Assembly: GCA_041736305.1 (NCBI GenBank) | Contig: JBGSTX010000334.1 | Location: forward strand, 1 to 64,000 | DNA: 64,000 nt | Source of the DNA: Oligoflexus sp. | GTDB taxonomy: Bacteria > Bdellovibrionota_B > Oligoflexia > Oligoflexales > Oligoflexaceae | Reading direction: 5' to 3' | In this document: positions 18,781-27,543 of the stretch, piece by piece | Position numbering within the stretch: the stretch's first letter is position 1 | Layout: each line of letters begins with the position of its first letter | Notes under the pieces: generated by a model | The model's input: only the letters and a program-made list of their open reading frames with translations | The model's database searches: none | What the model was told of the DNA's origin: nothing | Translations under genes and position numbers: made by a program

Positions 18781-19719
18781 ATGTCGGGACTGAGAAAAAA
18801 ACTTGCTTTGACCCGAATCTTCGTAGCTTCGCTGGCTCTTTCGCAGACGGCTTGCAGCTTAGAGATCCTCGAAGGCATTTTCGGCGTTGAGGATAAAAAT
18901 TCGGCAGTTGCTATTGGTATCCCTGCCGTAGCCTTCGATTCGCCTGATGTGCCCGAACTCTCTGAGGTCGGCGATCTCACTCTTTTTCAATTGGCTCAAC
19001 GCACTTTGCAGATGACGAAGATGATGGTTCGGAACGACGAGTTCACTATTGATGAGTACAGATATTACAGCGTTCAGACTGCATTCGAAGACCTCGTGCA
19101 CGAGCTTCGAGAGGACATCAATCAATATTGGACCATAAATCAACATCTTGAAGACCTCGAAGTGAGTCCAATGGAATTTCTCCTGCCTTTGACCGCGGAT
19201 GAATCGGAAACCGCTTGGGCAGTATCCGAGGAGTTACTTGATCTTAGGATCAATCAGATCGGCAACATCGCCAAGAAAGAAAATGATCTTGAGGAATCAA
19301 AAGTATTTCCCCCTAAGGTCACTGTTGCAAATACGGACGATGAAGGAGCATCGTGTGAGACTCCTGGCAAAGACAAAGGACTCTGGAAGTTTAGAGTTCC
19401 GGCGGAAGATGAAGCTAGTAAGTGTGTCAGTCATGTACATCATCTTTGGGGATCAGTTAAGCGAAGCTCAGATTCTTTCATCCGCGACAACGCCTGTCTA
19501 GACTTTGCTTATGGGATCCGCATTTTTGAGCAGCAGCGAAGGCTTATCGCAAACGAGCTGGATAGCTTGAAAAATGATGCAGATAATAGGGCCAGTTCAG
19601 AAAGAGGTAAGCAACTGAGGGCTGAGCAGGCCGCTGCAACCTACGGTTTTATCCAAAATGCAAAGATGTACACAAGTCTCCTATGTGTAGGCAACGGCAG
19701 CAAGCCTGGGGAATACTAA
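18781..19719 (+). CDS. Hypothetical lipoprotein
   Basis: Basic and hydrophobic signal ending QTAC; GAGGGG RBS; helical composition. Confidence 0.7.
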   Translation: MSGLRKKLALTRIFVASLALSQTACSLEILEGIFGVEDKNSAVAIGIPAVAFDSPDVPELSEVGDLTLFQLAQRTLQMTKMMVRNDEFTIDEYRYYSVQTAFEDLVHELREDINQYWTINQHLEDLEVSPMEFLLPLTADESETAWAVSEELLDLRINQIGNIAKKENDLEESKVFPPKVTVANTDDEGASCETPGKDKGLWKFRVPAEDEASKCVSHVHHLWGSVKRSSDSFIRDNACLDFAYGIRIFEQQRRLIANELDSLKNDADNRASSERGKQLRAEQAAATYGFIQNAKMYTSLLCVGNGSKPGEY

Positions 19720-19726
19720 GCGTTGC

Positions 19727-20932
19727 TCAATAAGCTTCCATAACATAGAGATAGAAGGCTGGGCCATCCTTTGGATCACCAACGCCAACATCAAGCCTCA
19801 AATTAATCTTTTGCTTGGGAGTAATCTGAAAGCGTAATCCTGCGCCATAAGAAGGCTTCAATTCATCGCTGCGGAGCGAATCCCAATCAGAAGCTACGGA
19901 GCCTACTCCCGAAAATAGGGCGAATGCCCATCTGTCAACGATCTGCCGTCGCAATTCGCTTTGAAGGACAATCATTTTATTATCGCGAAACTGGCCCTTG
20001 AAATAGCCGCGAAGTAGATCATTGCCACCCAATTGAGCCATCTGATAGAAGGGAGTGCCGGCATTAGAGCCTAGGACTACGAGATTACTCGCAAGAATAG
20101 TACCGGGGGCGAGTAGACGGTAATCTCGCGCGTCAAGCTTCACCCCATCAAAGGGGTATTTGCTTCCAAGAAGCTTGGCATACTTGCGATATGCAAGCGT
20201 GATCTTATTGCCCCTAGACGGATAGAAATTATCGTTGGCTGTTTCCCAATAGAGAAAGGTCTCGATTCCATTTTGCTGACCTCCGTCCTGTCCTGGTATC
20301 TCATTATTGGCGAACTTTCCGCCGCCTTCAAACTTCACATTACGATCGGTTCGCGTGTGAGCTAAAAGTCCAAGGCTGAGATTTTCAATAATCTTGACTT
20401 CACCCCCAAAATCAAGCAGGTATCTTCGTTCTTCATAAAGCTCTTCATCGGTTTTGCTCACTTGATTGCCGATCCCATAAAACTTTTGAGGAAACTTCGT
20501 GATTTCGCCGTAACTTATAAGCGAAAAACGCCCGTCATCAAAAGTTTGCTTGGTGCCTAAAACCCAGAGAAGCTGCTTTTTTTCAGAATACATAAGTCCT
20601 GAAATGATCGGCGATGGCTTAGTTAAACTCGTATCTTGGGTATAAATAAAAACTGCTCCGAGTCCCAAGCCACTTTCCGGAGTCCGAAATATTGCCGGGA
20701 GGCCCGCGAACTCGGAAAGGTCGGCGGCGTTCCGCTTATTGGCATCTGACACCTCCTGAGCGATCAGAGGCATAAATGAAATCAGCAGGTTTAGCCCGAT
20801 AATCAAGCAGATATTTTTGAGATTATTTAGCGGATTCCCCAAAGCTGCTCCAAACGGTAACCTAGTTTTCATAAATCTTTTGTTCGTCAAAAAAACTGGG
20901 AACTTGAGATAGAAGCTATTTTTAGGCTTCAT
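19727..20932 (-). CDS. Omp85/BamA-TamA-family beta-barrel without POTRA domains (start uncertain)
   Basis: P..F.TPE.GLG.G, DNFYPSRG, LGGNDLLRGY..G.FRD, YGAGLRF, NLRLD.G.G, terminal EAY. Confidence 0.82.
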   Translation of the reverse strand: MKPKNSFYLKFPVFLTNKRFMKTRLPFGAALGNPLNNLKNICLIIGLNLLISFMPLIAQEVSDANKRNAADLSEFAGLPAIFRTPESGLGLGAVFIYTQDTSLTKPSPIISGLMYSEKKQLLWVLGTKQTFDDGRFSLISYGEITKFPQKFYGIGNQVSKTDEELYEERRYLLDFGGEVKIIENLSLGLLAHTRTDRNVKFEGGGKFANNEIPGQDGGQQNGIETFLYWETANDNFYPSRGNKITLAYRKYAKLLGSKYPFDGVKLDARDYRLLAPGTILASNLVVLGSNAGTPFYQMAQLGGNDLLRGYFKGQFRDNKMIVLQSELRRQIVDRWAFALFSGVGSVASDWDSLRSDELKPSYGAGLRFQITPKQKINLRLDVGVGDPKDGPAFYLYVMEAY

Positions 20933-20940
20933 GCTATAAT
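20932..20940 (+). promoter_or_regulatory. Extended -10 promoter element for the ATP-grasp gene
   Basis: TGCTATAAT (TGnTATAAT), about 60 nt upstream of 21003. Confidence 0.5.
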
Positions 20941-21002
20941 TCTGCTAAAGTTTACACTGAAAATGAAAATTGCATTGAAGCTTCCTGGTGGGGTGCTAGC
21001 GC

Positions 21003-22379
21003 GTGATGGCTACTCAAGAACCTGTTTATATTATTATCGATCCATACAGCATCTATGGATACGAGCTCATGCAATGGGCATTTCTTGATTTTGGACTAAG
21101 GGCGGTAGTCCTTATAGAAGATATTCATAGCACTATTCATAAGAAAATCTATAGCCCACCAGTTCCTGCTACGTGGATTGCTGAAAGCTTCGTTTGCAGC
21201 CGCGCAGAGGTCGCCGCTCTAGCCAATAAGCTAGCTCATCTCTATCAAATCAAAGGGATTATTCCCTGGTCGGAGACCACCCTCGAACTTGCCATCGATT
21301 TGATGCAGCATCTGAATTGTCAGTGGATCGATCCGCATGTGCTGAGCCGCTTTCGTAATAAATACTCTCTCAAAAACTATTTACGAAGCGAGCATCCTCA
21401 GATATCCATGAATCTGTCTTGGCCAGTCACGGAACTCAATGAGGTGCTCAAGCTTAAAAGCCTCTGGCCTAAACGCTTCGTTATCAAGCCTCTCGATGGA
21501 ATGAGCAATAAAAAAATCGGATTTTTTTACGAGCAAACTCAGCCCACCGACATCGAGGAATACTTTAAGCAAGCGGGCAAAGGTCGCTATGTCCTGGAAG
21601 AATTCATCAATGGGCAGGAATATGCGGTTAATGGCCAGACCGATGAGAAGGGTGTGCCCCAGGTCTATTCGATCCTTAAATATCATCATCGGGACGTAAA
21701 TGGTCGTCCCAACGTCTATTCTCGAAGTCAGCACCTGAGTAGCCATGATCCTGTTTTTGATCAACTTGCTCGTTACGCATGCGAAGTAGTGCAAGCATTA
21801 GGATTGAGTCGCTGCCCTTTTCATGCCGAAATTCGCTTTGACCCAGCCAGGGGTCCATGCTTGGTCGAAATCGCTGCTCGTCCGGTTGGTAATGAGCTAG
21901 TCCAGCTCATGCGAGACGCACACGGCCGGGCCTTCGACCCTTTACGCATTGCCGCCCATTACTATCTGAGCACTAAGTCTCGAGTTCCGCCACCATTGAA
22001 CTGGGACCTTTACGACAGAACCCAAGCCATCAACGTCGATGGAATTACGAGTAAAACTGGCCGTATAGCTGATCTTAAGGGTCTTGAAAGCGTAGAGAGA
22101 TCGCCATTTTTCAAACGCTGGGTAGTCAAGCCTGAATTTGGCCAGATGTTGGAAGCCACTCAGGATCTATTATCTCAACCTTTTTCCTTTCAGATACTTG
22201 GTTCAGATTCAGGCCTTAAGCTTATGGATGAAGCCGACCTTCTCGAGGCGCGAGTTCAATTTCTAAGCTCTGAGGCTAGCCTCCCTAGACGGCTTTGGGC
22301 TTCTTTACTTGCATTCTATAAGCGTTTTACGATGCGGTGGCGGTTGAGGCGATTCCAGAAAACTCTTCGTAAAGTTTAA
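21003..22379 (+). CDS. ATP-grasp domain protein
   Basis: RNKY, VIKP..G, LEEFING.EY.VN, FHAEIR, LVEIAAR..G. Confidence 0.82.
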   Translation: MMATQEPVYIIIDPYSIYGYELMQWAFLDFGLRAVVLIEDIHSTIHKKIYSPPVPATWIAESFVCSRAEVAALANKLAHLYQIKGIIPWSETTLELAIDLMQHLNCQWIDPHVLSRFRNKYSLKNYLRSEHPQISMNLSWPVTELNEVLKLKSLWPKRFVIKPLDGMSNKKIGFFYEQTQPTDIEEYFKQAGKGRYVLEEFINGQEYAVNGQTDEKGVPQVYSILKYHHRDVNGRPNVYSRSQHLSSHDPVFDQLARYACEVVQALGLSRCPFHAEIRFDPARGPCLVEIAARPVGNELVQLMRDAHGRAFDPLRIAAHYYLSTKSRVPPPLNWDLYDRTQAINVDGITSKTGRIADLKGLESVERSPFFKRWVVKPEFGQMLEATQDLLSQPFSFQILGSDSGLKLMDEADLLEARVQFLSSEASLPRRLWASLLAFYKRFTMRWRLRRFQKTLRKV

Positions 22380-22380
22380 G

Positions 22381-23421
22381 CTATGACTTTACCCACTGTC
22401 CTATCTGAGTGGATGTTTCATGGAGTACGGGTTCATCGTCTTCTGTGAGCATTTGAAGAGCTTCAGGAAGTCTAAGATCGGAGGTAACAGTCATGGCGAT
22501 AAGGGCATTCCGCCGAAGACCTGAGCGCTTTGCTCTGGTCAAAGGACTCCCGCCGAATAGCTGCTCGTACCTAGCTTGACTCATTGTTGCCACATCAAAG
22601 AAATCGATTTGATTGAGCTCCACCCGAACCGGCTCTTGACTGATAGCTATCGCTCTGTTGTAAGGACAGGCCAGTTGGCAAAGGTCACAACCGAAAAAAT
22701 AGGTTTTAAGCCATGGCCAGAATTCAAAAGGTATAGTTCCCCTATGCTCGATTGTCCAATAGGCTAAGCATTTTCTTGCGTCAAGTCTATAAGCTTCATC
22801 GAGGGCTCCGGTTGGACAATAGATCTGACAACGCCGACAGCTACCGCACCCTCCTTGATCTGAACGCACCTGTGGATCAACGGTAGATGGCTCATCCGTT
22901 TCAGTGAGATCGCGCGTGAGAAGTATTTCGCCGAGCAGAATAAAGCTACCCGCTTCGGGATGGATGTAGCAGGTGTTCTTACCGATAAATCCAGCGCTAG
23001 TTCTTGCGGCAAGGGCCCGTTCAAGCATGGGCGCACTATCGATCGTTACGCGCCCCTCGAGATCGTTGGATTTCGTTTTAAGAAGCGTGAGAACCACTTC
23101 GGCTTTTTTGCGCATAGATCGATGATAGTCCTGAAGCCGAGCATACTGAGCTATGGGGTAGGCTCCACGCCGAGCAGCCTGGAGTTGATCCCCTTGGAAG
23201 TAGGGAAGCGCAAAAATAATGGCTTGGCAAGCTCCTGGCAATAGGCCTCGGGGGTCAGCTCGAAGATGCTGGTGCTGTTCAAGAAAGCGCATGCTTGCAT
23301 GCTGGCCTTCTTCAACCCATTGAAGGAAGCGTTGAAAGCGCGGCTCTGGGCCTAATTTTACAAGTCCTAAAAATTTAAGGCCGGCAGTTTCGCAAATCTC
23401 TTGGACTTCTTGCCTTTGCAT
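22381..23421 (-). CDS. queG: Epoxyqueuosine reductase
   Basis: IAQYAR..DYH, DSAP..ER..A...AGFIGKN, CGSCRRCQIYCPTGAL, C..YWTIE, FGCDLCQLACPYN. Confidence 0.93.
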   Translation of the reverse strand: MQRQEVQEICETAGLKFLGLVKLGPEPRFQRFLQWVEEGQHASMRFLEQHQHLRADPRGLLPGACQAIIFALPYFQGDQLQAARRGAYPIAQYARLQDYHRSMRKKAEVVLTLLKTKSNDLEGRVTIDSAPMLERALAARTSAGFIGKNTCYIHPEAGSFILLGEILLTRDLTETDEPSTVDPQVRSDQGGCGSCRRCQIYCPTGALDEAYRLDARKCLAYWTIEHRGTIPFEFWPWLKTYFFGCDLCQLACPYNRAIAISQEPVRVELNQIDFFDVATMSQARYEQLFGGSPLTRAKRSGLRRNALIAMTVTSDLRLPEALQMLTEDDEPVLHETSTQIGQWVKS

Positions 23422-23499
23422 TTCCGATGACCCCGTCAAGCTAGGAGAGGAATTTGCCCTTTGCTCATACGCTTGAAATGGTCCCAAAGTCGACTAGAA

Positions 23500-24369
23500 T
23501 TAAAGGCTTCTTGAAGCTAAAAGAAGCCGTAATTGCTGCTCGATACTAGAGAAAGAAGGAGCAGACTGTCCCCACCACAGTTCCTGCGCAAGTAAAGCCT
23601 GCCCAATCAGCATTGGAATGCCATCTTGACTAGGTATGCCGGTGCTTTTAGCAGCATGCCAAAGGGCAGAGGGTTTGCCGTAAACTAGATCAATGAATGC
23701 GCCTCGCAAAGCTTTCAACGCTGGGGCAAAAATTCTTAGATCATCACCTTGAAGAGGCGCGCTCGTCGATTGGATGAGAAGCGAAGAGGGAAAGGTTCTA
23801 AGGGAAGCCTCCAGAGCCCCAGGCTCGAAAGGCAGGTATTCGATGTCTGATCCCATGTCAGCAGAGGTGGTCGATCTTTTCAAGACGATGAGAGGTATCT
23901 TTGGCACTAAGATCCGAAACTTTTGAAGAAGAGCCTTAGCTGCACCACCATGTCCCAAGATAATGATAGCTTCGAAATCATTCAGCCCATGGCCAAGTTC
24001 TTTAAGACCTCTAATAAATCCCTGAGCGTCTGTCGAGCTGGCGAGAAACCCTTCGGGACCTCGATAGATTGTATTCACCGAAACTTCATCCGTAGGGAAG
24101 CGGCGGGCTGCATCTTCTTTGAAGGGAACAGTTACATTGAAGCCAAGCGCACCAGCTTTCCACATTGTTTGAAAGAAATCTGCTGAAGGAAATTCCCCTT
24201 GAATATCGAAGGGTACATAGAGGCAGTTGAGTCCTAAGGCGGCGATGGTTGAATTATGAATTGTTGGGGAGAGCGTGTGTGCAATACCTCGCCCGAGGAG
24301 GCCGACCAGTTTGGTTTGGCCGTCAACTTGTGTGCGGCTTAACCCTTGATCGACGGCAGTACTCTTCAT
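23500..24369 (-). CDS. aroE: Shikimate dehydrogenase
   Basis: G..IAHTLSP.IHN, GFNVTVPFKE, VNTI, TD..GF, G.GGAA.A, D.VY, DG..ML..QA. Confidence 0.88.
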   Translation of the reverse strand: MKSTAVDQGLSRTQVDGQTKLVGLLGRGIAHTLSPTIHNSTIAALGLNCLYVPFDIQGEFPSADFFQTMWKAGALGFNVTVPFKEDAARRFPTDEVSVNTIYRGPEGFLASSTDAQGFIRGLKELGHGLNDFEAIIILGHGGAAKALLQKFRILVPKIPLIVLKRSTTSADMGSDIEYLPFEPGALEASLRTFPSSLLIQSTSAPLQGDDLRIFAPALKALRGAFIDLVYGKPSALWHAAKSTGIPSQDGIPMLIGQALLAQELWWGQSAPSFSSIEQQLRLLLASRSL

Positions 24370-24390
24370 GGGGAGTCCTCTGCTCAATTC

Positions 24391-24852
24391 CTAATGCTGC
24401 CGCCCTAGCTCATGGACAGCTACATTGTGATCCAGAAACTGCACGTTCACGAGAAGATTTTCAGGAGAGCCTCCCAAACTCTTCGTTTGCGTCACGCGCC
24501 CTAGAACCAAGTCGGTACGTTGGTCTGGATAAGGATGGAGCGAGCCAAGATTGAGGCGTACCTGGCTACCTTTACGCAGTCCACGGTCTGCAACGACGAG
24601 CGTCGCGCGATCTGAAGTCAGCGACCTCAAGTAGCCCTGGCGCACCCCTTCGGAATCGCGTTCGTGTAAATAAGAAATTTTGACAAGAAGTTGCTCGTCG
24701 CTGCTACTGAGGTCTTTGACCTGCCAATTCTTCCAGCGCCGCATGGCCCAGAGTCCTAGCGGCCATAAAAGGAGAAGGATAAGCAGCGCGAGGAGCCAAA
24801 CAACCCCACTTAGCTCACCAGCGGGAACCGCATTCGGAACATTTTCAAACAT
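24391..24852 (-). CDS. Membrane-anchored protein with a PilZ-like beta domain
   Basis: N-terminal TM, then G.LRSLTS..A...KGSQVRL.L...GRV...VQF (degenerate PilZ pattern). Confidence 0.55.
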   Translation of the reverse strand: MFENVPNAVPAGELSGVVWLLALLILLLLWPLGLWAMRRWKNWQVKDLSSSDEQLLVKISYLHERDSEGVRQGYLRSLTSDRATLVVADRGLRKGSQVRLNLGSLHPYPDQRTDLVLGRVTQTKSLGGSPENLLVNVQFLDHNVAVHELGRQH

Positions 24853-25036
24853 CTTCAGTCCACAAATTCCTTAAAAAGCAACCCGCGTTCGACGACATGC
24901 TATACTTATCATAGGCCATTGCACCTGATTCCAGGTGATGTTACATATCTGGGCAGTTTTCTAGACCTTAATTTTGAATTATAGCCCACATAGCCAGTTT
25001 CAGCAAAGCTTCTAAAAGAGAGCAAAGGATATTTTT

Positions 25037-26038
25037 TTGAAAGTTTTAAAAACTTCCTGCCATTCTCTGGGGCTGGGTGCAGAGTTTGAATCGAGCGTCG
25101 TTACAATTGGCAATTTTGATGGTTGCCACCAGGGGCATCAAGAACTGATCCGACTCACTTGCAAAGAGGCAGCCAAGCGGCAGGTTCCATCTATAGTCCT
25201 CACTTTCGATCCCAATCCCAAAGAATACTTTCAAGCAGGCAAATCGCTAGGTCGACTTTTTCAAACAGAGCAGAAAATTCGTGCTTTGAATGAATTAGGT
25301 ATTTCTGCTGTGGTGATTCAAAAATTCGATGCAGCTTTCAGCGAAATGTCAGCAGAAGTATTTTACAGAAAGCTCTTAGTGGACTTTTTGCAAGCCAGGG
25401 TTCTTATCGTCGGACACGATTTTCGCTTTGGTTCACAGCGCCTGGGTAACGTCGATCTGCTCCGTCAGCTGGCAATTAAAGATGAGGATAAAGTCGTAGT
25501 TCATGAAGTGGGTCAGCAGATAGATGAAAGAGGTGAAATTATCAGTAGCAGCCTCATTCGCCGCCTTCTCGATGAGCGGGCCATCGATCGAGCGAACGCT
25601 ATGTTAGGTCGCCCCTATATGCTTGAAGGCCAGATCGTTGTCGGCCGCAAGTTGGGTCGCACGCTAGGCTTTCCGACTGCCAATCTCGACTTGGGCCAAC
25701 AGCTCCTTCCAGGAATGGGAGTCTACGCTGGGTTTGCGAAAATTGGTGGTACAGCCAGTATATTTAAAAGTGATCCAGACTCTATTCCCTGCGTGCTTAA
25801 CATTGGGCTCAGACCAACCGTAGAGGCTGGAACTTTAAAGCCCAGCGTTGAAGTCCATCTGCTCGAAGGCAGTTATGCACCTGAATCGCTTTATCGGCAG
25901 ATTTTGAGTGTATCGATCACCGATTTTTTACGTTCAGAGCAAAAGCTCCCTTCACTTGATGCCCTGCGGGCCCAGATCGCGCTGGATTGCGCGACCGCGC
26001 GCCGACTATTGCCGGCGTCGCGAGCAAAATGGTCTTAG
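25037..26038 (+). CDS. ribF: Bifunctional riboflavin kinase/FAD synthetase
   Basis: IGNFDG.H.GH, VG.DFRFG, ISSS.IR, GRTLGFPTAN, NIG.RPT, E.HL, FLR.E.K. Confidence 0.95.
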   Translation: MKVLKTSCHSLGLGAEFESSVVTIGNFDGCHQGHQELIRLTCKEAAKRQVPSIVLTFDPNPKEYFQAGKSLGRLFQTEQKIRALNELGISAVVIQKFDAAFSEMSAEVFYRKLLVDFLQARVLIVGHDFRFGSQRLGNVDLLRQLAIKDEDKVVVHEVGQQIDERGEIISSSLIRRLLDERAIDRANAMLGRPYMLEGQIVVGRKLGRTLGFPTANLDLGQQLLPGMGVYAGFAKIGGTASIFKSDPDSIPCVLNIGLRPTVEAGTLKPSVEVHLLEGSYAPESLYRQILSVSITDFLRSEQKLPSLDALRAQIALDCATARRLLPASRAKWS

Positions 26039-27384
26039 GGGATGTTATTAGCAGAAAGATTTGTTATCGCTACTTCACTGAGCTTTTTCTGAGGCCAGTC
26101 ATCAACTTTAAAGTTCGCTCGAAAGACTTCCTTTTCTCCCCCACGTTGTGATTCGTACACCACACGAAACGTCGTCCCATCTCCGTAGGCTAAGGCTGCA
26201 GTGGAGATGGCCCCATCTACTTCCAGCTCCGGTGTTTCAGCATCGTAAATAGCGCAGAGATCTGTGCTGAGCTGAGTCCAGGGGGCATTAACTTCGCCAG
26301 GGGTACGAGCCACGAAAAGAGGAATGACCGCCATATCACTCATACGCAAGAGCTGAAAGAAGTTAACAGGCAGTTGTCTCGTTTTACAAAAATAATTGTC
26401 GTTACCTGTAACAAGAGCATATGCACCATCAGGAGTCATTGAAACGTTGGCAGTTGTTAAAGGCTGGTTAGCTGCAAAACTCGCTGCTTCAAAATTCGGA
26501 GCAGTCGCTGCTGCGAAAGGATCTAAATACCGATAGCTATCTAAAACACCTACATCCGGGACATAACCTTCTGGTCTCTCAGAATAGCTGCCTAGCTTGG
26601 GCTTTAATTTTGGCTTATTGAGCGTTTCTATATAAACAAGGCCAAGTTGGGAAGCCGCGGCAGGAGCAGTGCTATCCCCTTGCTGGCTTAGATTTGGGGA
26701 AGATTCCGCATCGGTCCAGGTGCTAGTTGATGGATCCAGCTTTCGAGTTCGCCAGAAATTTTGATTGCCTATTTCTGCCAAGGTGAAGAGCACAAAATCT
26801 CCCTGGCTGGTCGAGCTCAAAAGCGGTCGGGACTCTTTATCAAACTGACCGATGACTGTAGTTGCCGCAGTCAGTATGTCAAACTTGAAGACCTTACTTG
26901 ACCTTGTGTTCCCGCGTCTTTCCGTAAATCCAAGGTAGGGCTGAGCTTCGTCGCCGAGCATGAGCCCAATTATTTGCGACTGAGGGGCCAGCTCAATTTC
27001 ACTAAAAAGCTGCCCGCTCCAGTTTAGAAGAATGAGTTTGTGGCTGCTTGGACTTTGTCGCTCGACCAGAATCCATTTTCCATCACGACTTAAAGCAAGG
27101 CTCGATTCTTCCTCAGCCTCGCCTAAAGGGCGCATTGAAGATAGAAGGCGAAGTTTTGTGGGGCTGCCATCCTCGTACAAAAAGGCGCGATAGGCGCCCG
27201 CCTCTCGGCGTGACAGGAAGGCCGCATGCTGACCATCGGCACTGAGCATGGCATCAAAATCTTGGAAATTACTGAGGTCCTCGCGGGTTTTCACCTTCTC
27301 ACGGGGGTCTTGGACCGGATCACGATCACTATTTCCACCACAGCTGCTCAGTAGCACCAGTGCAATTCCTAAGTATAATCTCAT
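26035..27384 (-). CDS. Lipoprotein with TolB/beta-propeller-like repeats
   Basis: Lipobox LSSC; SADGQ, SRDGKW and TPDGAY repeats. Confidence 0.7.
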   Translation of the reverse strand: MRLYLGIALVLLSSCGGNSDRDPVQDPREKVKTREDLSNFQDFDAMLSADGQHAAFLSRREAGAYRAFLYEDGSPTKLRLLSSMRPLGEAEEESSLALSRDGKWILVERQSPSSHKLILLNWSGQLFSEIELAPQSQIIGLMLGDEAQPYLGFTERRGNTRSSKVFKFDILTAATTVIGQFDKESRPLLSSTSQGDFVLFTLAEIGNQNFWRTRKLDPSTSTWTDAESSPNLSQQGDSTAPAAASQLGLVYIETLNKPKLKPKLGSYSERPEGYVPDVGVLDSYRYLDPFAAATAPNFEAASFAANQPLTTANVSMTPDGAYALVTGNDNYFCKTRQLPVNFFQLLRMSDMAVIPLFVARTPGEVNAPWTQLSTDLCAIYDAETPELEVDGAISTAALAYGDGTTFRVVYESQRGGEKEVFRANFKVDDWPQKKLSEVAITNLSANNIP

Positions 27385-27543
27385 ATACCTACAGTTCCTT
27401 TTTCGAACTAGAGCCGCCGGAAGTTCGCAATTCCTATGGGCAAGCCCAGTTAAAAGGTCTATTCTCATTGAATAGACAGATTTTTTTCGAGCTCCAGGCT
27501 TTCTCCGAGCTCGAGCCTTTTTATAGCGGCACCGATTATAAAC

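Noticed and set aside
13022-22379. Integrative element inserted at tRNA-Leu or tRNA-Phe
   Set aside because: No integrase gene, and I noticed no duplicated tRNA 3' end (att site) in the window.
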